NCBI RefSeq assembly: GCF_008274825.1
Contig: NZ_CP030848.1
Location: forward strand, 3,035,618-3,099,617
Source: Sphingobacterium hotanense
GTDB lineage: Bacteria > Bacteroidota > Bacteroidia > Sphingobacteriales > Sphingobacteriaceae
DNA: 64,000 nt
Direction: 5' to 3'
The notes under the pieces are model-generated. The model was not told the origin of the DNA. It did not search any database and worked only from the letters and a program-made list of their open reading frames with translations. This document shows, one piece after another, positions 51,237 through 61,142 of this stretch (positions within the stretch are counted from its first letter, which is position 1; each line of letters starts with the position of its first letter). A program made the translations under genes and the position numbers.

Positions 51237-51393
51237 TTAGATGTTAGATCTTAGACATTAGATATTAGAGTATGGTGTGTTAGAGTTAGTTCGAGCAAGT
51301 AGCTCAACCAAGATATAGAGAGATTCTCTTTTCCCCATATTTAGCGACATCCAGTTCTCATGTCTAATATCTAACATCTTATATCTACTCTAG
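51237..51393. repeat. MITE-like CTAA-type inverted-repeat element inserted between two operon genes
   Basis: The left arm tttagatgttagatcttagacattagatattagagtat (51237-51274) and the right arm tcatgtctaatatctaacatcttatatctactctag (51358-51393) are reverse complements flanking ~85 bp. The right arm overlaps the SDR stop codon at 51390-51392. Confidence 0.8.
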
Positions 51394-52154
51394 TTATTCA
51401 ATTTAATAAATCCTCCATCGATTGGATAATCGTTGCCTGTAATAAAGCCGGCATCATCTGAACAGAGGAACAAAGCTAATTTAGCAATTTCTGCCGGCTT
51501 AGCCATCCTGCCGATAGGTTGCGATTTAGAGAGCTTCTCAAACATCTCTTCTTCCTGTCCTGGATAGTTTTTAGCGATAAAGCCATCAACAAATGGCGTA
51601 TGCACGCGCGCCGGTGAGATGGAGTTCGAACGAATATGATCGTGAAGATAATCTCTAGCGACCGATAGGCTCATGGCATAGATTGCGCCTTTACTCATGG
51701 AGTATGCGAATCTGTCTGCAATTCCAACCACCGAAGCAATAGACGCCAGATTCAAGATTGCGCCTCCTCCGTTAGCTTTCATCACTGGAATAACAGCGTA
51801 TAAAGCGTTATAAGCTCCTTTTACATTGACCTGGTATATACGGTCAAAATCAGCTTCTGAGCAATGCTCCACATTGCCTACATGGGCAATACCAGCATTA
51901 TTAACTAATATATCGACCTTACCAATCTGCGCAACAGCAGCAAGAACCTCCTGTTGATTGCTAACATTGACGGTATGCAACTCGCAAGCACCTCCAGCTT
52001 GTTTAATAACGCTAGCCGTCTCTGCTGCGCCGTCCGGATTCAAATCTAAAATATGAACCTTCGCCCCTTCAGCAGCAAAAAGTTCCGAAATAGCGCGACC
52101 AATGCCAGACCCACCTCCTGTGATTATCGCGACTTTACCAGCTAACTTAGCCAT
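51390..52154 (-). CDS. SDR-family oxidoreductase, candidate 2-keto-3-deoxy-sugar-acid 4-dehydrogenase
   Basis: ITGGGSGIGRAI motif plus a YxxxK region. Confidence 0.75.
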   Translation of the reverse strand: MAKLAGKVAIITGGGSGIGRAISELFAAEGAKVHILDLNPDGAAETASVIKQAGGACELHTVNVSNQQEVLAAVAQIGKVDILVNNAGIAHVGNVEHCSEADFDRIYQVNVKGAYNALYAVIPVMKANGGGAILNLASIASVVGIADRFAYSMSKGAIYAMSLSVARDYLHDHIRSNSISPARVHTPFVDGFIAKNYPGQEEEMFEKLSKSQPIGRMAKPAEIAKLALFLCSDDAGFITGNDYPIDGGFIKLNN

Positions 52155-52209
52155 ATGATATTACTTTATTATTTAAATTCTATTAATGTACAACTATCCA
52201 TAAAGATAT

Positions 52210-53874
52210 CTACAAGGACACCCCGCGACGCCATGGAATAAAATCATCCTGACCAAGGACAACAGCCTTCGCCATTTTTTCGCCGCTCGCCACATCGATC
52301 ACATAATCCAAAATACGATGAGCCGCTTCTTGGATCGTTTCTTCCCCGTCGATAATTGTTCCGCAATTGATATCGATGATATCATTCATTTTCTCATAGA
52401 TCTTCGTGTTCGACGAAACTTTAATAACCGGAGCAATTGGATTACCTGTAGGCGTACCTAATCCCGTTGTAAACAAGACCACATTAGCGCCCGAACCCAC
52501 TTCAGCAGTGGTACTCTCGACATCATTTCCCGGTGTACAAAGCAGATTCAAACCCGGTTGTGAAGCCGGCTCTGGGTAATCTCGCACCGCAACAACCGGT
52601 GAAGTTCCGCCCTTCTTCGCTGCCCCTGCCGATTTGATCGCATCGGTAATTAAGCCATCACGAATATTCCCTGGCGAAGGGTTCATATAAAATCCTGAGC
52701 CATCAGCTTCCGCCTTTGCATTATACGTTTTCATCAAGCTCATGAAACGACTCGCCGTCTCCTCATCAACACAACGGTCGCTAAGCTCTTGTTCTACACC
52801 GCATAGCTCCGGAAATTCGGATAATATAACCGATCCGCCTAAGCTGACCAACATATCCGAAACGTAGCCTAAAGCAGGATTCGCCGAAATGCCCGAAAAA
52901 CCATCCGATCCACCACATTCTAAGCCGATGCATAATTTATCTAATCCCGCCGGTTGACGGCTATGTGCATTCGCTAAACTCAATCCCGCAAAGGTCGCTT
53001 TGATCGCCTTTTGCATCAACTCCTGCTCCGTCCCTTCAAACTGCTGCTCGAAAATATAAAGCGGCTTATCAAACTGAGGGTCGCGTTTCTGAATCTCCTC
53101 CTTCAAAATAGAGGCTTGCGCATGCTGACAACCCAAGCTTAAAACAGTCGCACCAGCTACATTGGGATGGGTGATATAACCTGCTAACAGACCACAAAGT
53201 GCATCCGAATCTAATCTCGTTCCGCCACAGCCCATCTCATGGTTGAGAAACTTAATTCCATCCACATTCTCAAACAAACGACTCTTCGATTTATTGGCTT
53301 TCGCTGCACTTAAATCAACATCCAGCAATTCATCAACCGAAGCTCCCGCTTGGAATTTAGCAATCATCACATCCACCTCATCAGCATAGTCCTTTGACTC
53401 TACCTGATAGCCCAATTTTTCTTCTAGGGCATTCTTGAGGGTCATGACATTGCGGCTTTCGCAAAATACCAAAGGAATGACCAACCAATGGTTTGCTGTG
53501 CCCACCTTGCCATTGCTACGATGAAAACCTAGAAAGGTTTTATCTTTGTACATAGAAACATCAGGCTTAGACCAACCTAGATTGCGTTTTCCCAATCTAA
53601 AATCGTCGGATGCATGACGCAGATTATTAACATTGATTAAAGATCCCTTTGTTAAATCGTAATTCACCTTGCCCACCAAGACACCGTACATATACACTTC
53701 ATCATCCTTGTGCATATCAGAAATGGTAAATTTGTGTTTCGCCGCTACTGCTTCGATCAGAGGAAATTGTTTATCCTCAAAATCAACCTCATAGCCTGCC
53801 GGCAAGTCGCGCAATGCCACCAACACATTATCTTTTGGATGTATCTGCAAATACGCCAATTTCTTTTTTTCCAT
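52210..53874 (-). CDS. UxaA-family (altronate/galactarate dehydratase-like) hydro-lyase, candidate 6-deoxy-sugar-acid dehydratase
   Basis: 554 aa with an N-terminal SAF-like region and conserved cysteines (CGG...C..LLAGY...CQH), as in the D-altronate dehydratase family. Confidence 0.75.
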   Translation of the reverse strand: MEKKKLAYLQIHPKDNVLVALRDLPAGYEVDFEDKQFPLIEAVAAKHKFTISDMHKDDEVYMYGVLVGKVNYDLTKGSLINVNNLRHASDDFRLGKRNLGWSKPDVSMYKDKTFLGFHRSNGKVGTANHWLVIPLVFCESRNVMTLKNALEEKLGYQVESKDYADEVDVMIAKFQAGASVDELLDVDLSAAKANKSKSRLFENVDGIKFLNHEMGCGGTRLDSDALCGLLAGYITHPNVAGATVLSLGCQHAQASILKEEIQKRDPQFDKPLYIFEQQFEGTEQELMQKAIKATFAGLSLANAHSRQPAGLDKLCIGLECGGSDGFSGISANPALGYVSDMLVSLGGSVILSEFPELCGVEQELSDRCVDEETASRFMSLMKTYNAKAEADGSGFYMNPSPGNIRDGLITDAIKSAGAAKKGGTSPVVAVRDYPEPASQPGLNLLCTPGNDVESTTAEVGSGANVVLFTTGLGTPTGNPIAPVIKVSSNTKIYEKMNDIIDINCGTIIDGEETIQEAAHRILDYVIDVASGEKMAKAVVLGQDDFIPWRRGVSL

Positions 53875-53879
53875 TTCTT

Positions 53880-54212
53880 TTATAATTCAAATATTTGATC
53901 CATAATAACCCACTTCTCGCCTGGTTTCGCGCCGGGAATAGCTTGTTGATATTTCCACATCAACCCTTCCCACACTTGAACCGCAGGGTTCGCTGCATCC
54001 ATAGCATCCTTGCGTGCAAAATCAAAGGTCTCATCAACCTCCATAATCATAAACAAGCGGTTCCCAAAGCGATAGATGTCCATCACTGTAATTCCTGCAT
54101 CAGTAATCGATTTTTTAATCTCATCCGACACTGTTTTATGATGCTGTTCGTATTCAGCGATCATCTGCGGATCATCAACAAGATCCAATGCAAGAGCATA
54201 TCGTTTAAACAT
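53880..54212 (-). CDS. L-rhamnose mutarotase-family protein (RhaM/YiiL-like)
   Basis: ~110 aa with the pattern MFKRYALALDL...YEQHH...W of the dimeric alpha/beta-barrel mutarotases. Confidence 0.7.
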   Translation of the reverse strand: MFKRYALALDLVDDPQMIAEYEQHHKTVSDEIKKSITDAGITVMDIYRFGNRLFMIMEVDETFDFARKDAMDAANPAVQVWEGLMWKYQQAIPGAKPGEKWVIMDQIFEL

Positions 54213-54223
54213 ATTATTAAATA

Positions 54224-55474
54224 TTAATGTGCAGCAGCGGTGCTAACGGCTGCTGATTTATTTTTATAAGCAAATAGCGCAACCACTAAAAAACATATAA
54301 CGACTACAAAATAGCCATATTGCATATTTCCGGTGGCATCCGAAACATAGCCTAACACCGGTGGCAATAAGGCGCCTCCCACGATAGACATGATAATCAA
54401 ACTGGAAGCCGATTTTGTATCCGATCCAATGCCCGTTACTCCAATAGCAAATATGGTTGGAAACATGATCGACATAAAGAAAGCGATAGCAATCATAGCA
54501 TACAGCGTCAATACTCCAGAAGCGAATATCGCTACACAAGTAAGCAATGTCGCAATGATGGCATAGATAAATAATAATTTAGAAGGCGCAATAGAACGCA
54601 TTAAGAAGGTACCTATAAATCGTCCCAACATAAAAACCAAACCTGCCACGCCAGCATAATATTTCGCATCCTGTGCAGAAATGCCGGATACTTCGACCGC
54701 AAATACGATCAAGAAACTTAAAATACAAACTTGAGCTCCCACATAGAAAAACTGCGCTAAAACTGCCCAGGAGACATTCTTATGGCGAAAAGCTTTTACA
54801 AAACTGGACTTCTCCTCGTCCGCTTCTTTCGCCTCCGGAAGCTTGATCAGCATAAAAATAATGGCTGCAGCCAAAATTATACAACCCAGAATAACGTAAG
54901 GCCCTTTCACGACTGCCGTCTCCGCCTGAATATAGCTCAGCCGTTCCGCATCGCTCAATGCTGCCACTTGTTCCGCACTTAGGGGATCCTCAGCAAGTAT
55001 AAACTGTCCGCCAACAATGGGCGCTACAAAAGCAGCGAGTCCATTAAAAGACTGCGCAAAATTGAGTCGCTGGGTAGCCGTATTCGGGTCGCCCAACACC
55101 GTCATATAGGGATTTGCTGCCGTCTCCAATATGGTAATTCCACAGGCGACAATGAACAATGCCGATAGAAAGAACATATAGCTCATCGTATTGGCAGCAG
55201 GAACAAACAGAAAACAGCCGATTGCGAATAATAACAGTCCAATCAAGATTCCAACCTTATATCCGTACTTCTTCATGATGATTCCTGCAGGAATACCCAT
55301 CACCAAATAGGCAATAAACACAGCAGAGTCGACTAAGGATGCCTGCAAATGATTAAGGCTAAAAGCACTCCGTAAATGGGCGATCAAAATAGGATCTAGA
55401 TTATGAATAAACCCCCAAAAGAAAAATAAAGAGGTGATTAGGATGATCGCAACGGTATTATTTGTCTTACTCAT
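54224..55474 (-). CDS. fucP: MFS L-fucose:H+ symporter-type permease
   Basis: 12-TM MFS, 416 aa, with FucP-like N-terminal conservation (FFWGFIHNLDPILIAHLRSAF). Confidence 0.8.
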   Translation of the reverse strand: MSKTNNTVAIILITSLFFFWGFIHNLDPILIAHLRSAFSLNHLQASLVDSAVFIAYLVMGIPAGIIMKKYGYKVGILIGLLLFAIGCFLFVPAANTMSYMFFLSALFIVACGITILETAANPYMTVLGDPNTATQRLNFAQSFNGLAAFVAPIVGGQFILAEDPLSAEQVAALSDAERLSYIQAETAVVKGPYVILGCIILAAAIIFMLIKLPEAKEADEEKSSFVKAFRHKNVSWAVLAQFFYVGAQVCILSFLIVFAVEVSGISAQDAKYYAGVAGLVFMLGRFIGTFLMRSIAPSKLLFIYAIIATLLTCVAIFASGVLTLYAMIAIAFFMSIMFPTIFAIGVTGIGSDTKSASSLIIMSIVGGALLPPVLGYVSDATGNMQYGYFVVVICFLVVALFAYKNKSAAVSTAAAH

Positions 55475-55609
55475 ATGCCGGTTTATATTGGAAAACCCTA
55501 ATTACGGTATTTATTCTAAACAATGGATAAATCATTTTACCAAATATATAAACGATTTTATCTCGGATACACTTGCAAATATGATTTTCATTGAATAAAT
55601 TAGTTAATT

Positions 55610-56467
55610 ATGATTATTAAACATTTTGCTTTACCAAAAGAACCTAATCAGAGCTTCCAAATTCGACGCGATTATACACCTAAGCACCAACTGATTTGGC
55701 ACTATCATGAAGAATTAGAGCTTATCCATGTCATAAAAGGCGTGGGGACTTTATTTATAGGCGATTGTATAAAATCTTTCCAAGCCGGAGATTCTGTACT
55801 GATTGGATCGCAGATTCCACATTATTGGATGTTCGAAAATAACGCTTCCGATACCGAACAAACAGCAGCTATTGATTGCATCGTTTTACATTTCAATAAA
55901 GACATCGGAATCCCCAACATCCTCCACGCACCAGAATTGGGCGGAATAAAGCAATTGATCAATCATAGCAATCGCGGTCTATATGTTTCCAATAAAAACC
56001 CCAACCGCATTCCTTTCCTCATCGAGAAAACATTAAACAGCTCCGGTCTCAGCAAACTGACCTCCATGCTTGAGCTATTAGATCATTTCGCTCAGCAGAA
56101 TACCGAAAACTTAACCAGCGAAAATTACTCCATCCTCAACATCTCCGACGACCAAGGTAGGATGAACAGCCTCATGGAACACATCCGCGACCATTACAAA
56201 CAGCGCATCAAACTCGAAGAACTAGCCTCCATTGCCGGCCTGACCGAAAATTCATTCTGCCGATACTTCAAACAAAAAACCGGAAAAACACCCGTACAAT
56301 TTATCACCGAGCTCCGAATCAGTCACGCCTGCACTCAGCTCCGAAACTCGAACCTCAGCCTCAAAGAAATCTGCTACGATAGCGGCTTCAATAACTTCGT
56401 CAGCTTCCACAAGAATTTTAAAAACATTACGAAAGTAACTCCGACGCAGTATCGTACTAGTAGTTAG
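55610..56467 (+). CDS. AraC-family regulator (cupin plus HTH), divergent from the sugar-catabolic operon; its last codons are supplied by a TAGTTAGTA-type repeat
   Basis: HTH block EELASIAGLTENSFCRYFKQ...CYDSGFNNFVSFHKNFK. The 3' end ...TQYRTSS* is encoded by actagtagttag. Confidence 0.8.
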   Translation: MIIKHFALPKEPNQSFQIRRDYTPKHQLIWHYHEELELIHVIKGVGTLFIGDCIKSFQAGDSVLIGSQIPHYWMFENNASDTEQTAAIDCIVLHFNKDIGIPNILHAPELGGIKQLINHSNRGLYVSNKNPNRIPFLIEKTLNSSGLSKLTSMLELLDHFAQQNTENLTSENYSILNISDDQGRMNSLMEHIRDHYKQRIKLEELASIAGLTENSFCRYFKQKTGKTPVQFITELRISHACTQLRNSNLSLKEICYDSGFNNFVSFHKNFKNITKVTPTQYRTSS

Positions 56468-56492
56468 TATTTCCTCTATAAATACTAATCGA

Positions 56493-56531
56493 ACAAGCCT
56501 TTAAAGATCATCTAAAGGCTTGTTTCTATTT
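56493..56531 (+). terminator. Rho-independent terminator after the AraC gene
   Basis: acaagccttta aagatcatc taaaggcttgt followed by a T-rich tract. Confidence 0.65.
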
Positions 56532-56717
56532 GATTAGGCATAGTCTTGCTTTACCAGGCATTTGCCTAGTCCGCTTTTAAATAATAATAATTTCCTCTAC
56601 GAGCTTTTAGCTCACACGCAATTTCTTGCCAGAAAGTTCCTTATTATGCCAGTTTAGAAATCGGGGTATAGTCCACCATAAATACTAGGGCCTTGGTACT
56701 TTCCTTTAAAAGGCCTG

Positions 56718-57836
56718 CTAGATTGCTTGGGCAAAATAGGGTTCCTTTTTGGCTAATATGTTCCAAATTATCACCAACAGCTTTCTAGCATTTGCTATAA
56801 GCGCTTTGTTGTGGTGCATTCTTTTTCTGAATCGTTGATATCGCGCCATAAAAGCGCTTCCCTTTGTTCTGGATGCTCCCCAAGCACATTGTACGAGCAT
56901 CAAGCGAAGATATTTATTTCCGTGTAGGGTCTTTCTTCCTTTAATCTTACCCGCACTTTGGTCGTTCCGCGGTCTAAGACCGGTCCAACCTACTAAGGCT
57001 GTTGCCGATGTAAAGAATTTCATGTCCGTCCCTATTTCAGAAATGATACAGGCAGCTGCGTGCTCTTTCACTCCAGGTATGGTCACCAATAGTTCCATTT
57101 GAAGATTGAAATGCTGATAGCATAGCTTCAGTAACTCTTTCTTGCAGAATTCGAGCTGATCATGGTGGAAATTGATATCCTCCACGATCATCCTCAATAT
57201 CTCGATGTCTACTGAAGTGAATGTTCCTGTAAGCGAAGCTCGGATCGTTTCCGCGCCGCTTTTCCTAACAATCCGAGCATGGACCAAGCTCAATAAATAA
57301 TCCGGGTTCAAATGATTCTTAGCGATAGCCTGAACAACTTTCTTCATGGACTTGCAGCCGATATCAGAGACGTAATTACTCAAACGGATGTTGCATCTTT
57401 GAAGCATCTCATCCATTTCCTGTTCACTGCGACGCAATTGTTTGTTGAGCTTGGTAATCTTACGGTTGTAAAGCCGCAATTGTTGGATGATGCTAGGAGG
57501 AACAAAGCTCCCTTTAATCAGATCCTTCATCAATACCGTAGCGATCCACTCGGCATCCTTGACATCGGACTTCCTTCCAGGAACCTGCTTGATGAACAGT
57601 GGATTGACCAATTTAACATCAAAATCCGATTCTAGAATATTCCATAACGGGTACCAATAGATACTGGTGCTCTCCATGGCAACAAGTCCGACACCATGAT
57701 CAACAAGCGTGTCACGAAGCCGTTCAAGGTCAGGGGTTAAAGTCTTAAAAACCTCTTCATACTTTTCGTTGTTTTCACTTAGAATGCACATAAAAACACT
57801 ATCTTTATGTACATCAAGACCACAAAATTTTTCCAT
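56718..57836 (-). mobile_element. IS110-family transposase (DEDD recombinase) gene; element boundaries not determined
   Basis: The N-terminal GLDVHKDS motif and overall IS110/IS1111-like architecture (372 aa) are recognised by eye. A single copy sits between an AraC gene and a repeat cluster. Confidence 0.8.
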
Positions 57837-57930
57837 AATTATGTTCTATAATTAATACTATAATGGAAACAAAGTTGTGGTCTTCTTGATTTTTATTCCA
57901 CGCAGTTATAATTCTACAAATTCATATATC

Positions 57931-59782
<1,852 letters not shown>

Positions 59783-59971
59783 CTATTTGCAGGGCAAAAT
59801 TACGAAAAGTTATTGAATTTTAAAACAAAGTTTCACTAATTACATAAAATCGACAATCGACTTATTCATGCTTTCCGTTAACAAATCTCAAAAAAACCTT
59901 TACCATAATTTAACTTTGGCAAGCTAATTGCATTGATGATGAAAATATAAAGTTTATTTAACATTTAATTT

Positions 59972-60439
59972 ATGAAAAAGACCTTACTATCTTTAGCAGC
60001 TGCAGCAGCTTTAGCTTTTGGTGCAAATGAAGCACAAGCTCAGACTCCTTATAAAACCGCAATCGGTTTAGGTATTGACTTAGGTGATGGCCCATCTCTA
60101 TTCGGTCCACAAATTAAACATTCATTCGGTGGTGCAAATGCTGGTCAAGCACAAGTATTATTCGGAGATCACTTCACAGTAATTGGTGTTGACTATTCTT
60201 ACAACAGACCATTTGGTGGTACTAACGGTTTAGGTTGGTATGTAGGTGTAGGTCCTCAAATCGCTTTCGCGAACGATGATTCTGCATTCGCTATCCGTCC
60301 TGCTGCTGGTTTAGAGTACAAAATCCCTTCTGCTCCCCTAGCTTTACACTTCGACTGGAAACCTTGGTGGAACCTTTCTGACAACTCAAACTTCGAAGCT
60401 GGTCGTTTCAGCTTAGGATTTAAATTTACTTTAAGATAA
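59972..60439 (+). CDS. Small outer-membrane beta-barrel protein (porin-like), secreted
   Basis: Signal peptide (MKKTLLSLAAAAALAFGANEAQA), alternating hydrophobic pattern and a C-terminal ...FKFTLR. Confidence 0.55.
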   Translation: MKKTLLSLAAAAALAFGANEAQAQTPYKTAIGLGIDLGDGPSLFGPQIKHSFGGANAGQAQVLFGDHFTVIGVDYSYNRPFGGTNGLGWYVGVGPQIAFANDDSAFAIRPAAGLEYKIPSAPLALHFDWKPWWNLSDNSNFEAGRFSLGFKFTLR

Positions 60440-60462
60440 TCTTTGAAGTAAAGAAGATAATA

Positions 60463-60497
60463 AAAAGGCGATTTCGATGAAATCGCCTTTTTTTTGT
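60463..60497 (+). terminator. Rho-independent terminator
   Basis: aaaaaggcgatttc gat gaaatcgcc tttttttt. Confidence 0.85.
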
Positions 60498-60519
60498 TTA
60501 ATGCATTTAATTGTTTGCA

Positions 60520-60860
60520 AATATTGTTTTGAACCAGGAAAGGAAGGATGCGAGGATGATCAGAATGTGCGTTGTCTTCGAGCCAAGAAAGGAAGGAAAA
60601 TTTGTCTTTGAACCAGGAAAGGAAGGATGCAAGGATGAACAGGATCATGTTGAAGGAAAAATGGGGTTCGTTTCTGAACCTTTGGTTCAAAACAAATCCT
60701 TCCTTTCAAAACAAACCGCTAAATAATTGACGAACAAATCGACAGCCATAGGTCTAAATACTAAGTACTAAATACTAAATACTATTCAAAACCCTTACTA
60801 ACCCAATACATAACCCAATCAGAACCGCTCGAAACGGGTTCTGATATGGGTAAAAAATGG
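60520..60860. repeat. Repeat cluster: three direct copies of the TTGAACCAGGAAAGGAAGGA module plus an inverted copy, a TACTAAATA arm and a GGGTT hairpin module
   Basis: Direct copies sit at 60527-60551, 60580-60600 (degenerate) and 60608-60636, with an inverted degenerate arm at 60675-60711. The arm ggtctaaatactaagtactaaatactaaatacta (60751-60784) is homologous to 36109-36142. The hairpin aacccaatcagaaccgctcgaaacgggttctgatatgggt (60811-60851) is homologous to 35865-35907. Confidence 0.85.
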
Positions 60861-61142
60861 TTGTGATAAACTTCTAAAAAGTAAATAATCAAAAGCAGCT
60901 TCTAAGCAACGAAAAAGCAGCAAACAAGCGGTGCCGCAAGTAACAATTCAATGACCCAAAAGACGCTTGTCTCTACCCTTCCAAATACCCCCTCGTACAA
61001 AGGCTTTTGCATAACAAATTTTTCGATATTAAGTTTGCTAATTTGTTTCGTTTCTCTAATTTTTTTATACCTTTGCGAATCTTGGTAAAATATTATTAAG
61101 CTTAAAAAACAGAACTAAATCATAACTTATTACGAATAGACA

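Noticed and set aside
60256-60726. ORFs 60511..60726 (+) and 60256..60690 (-) encoding ...FLSWFK...-containing peptides.
   Set aside because: They lie entirely within the repeat cluster. The same peptide motif appears on both strands because the module is palindromic. They overlap each other and have no start context, so they are repeat artefacts.
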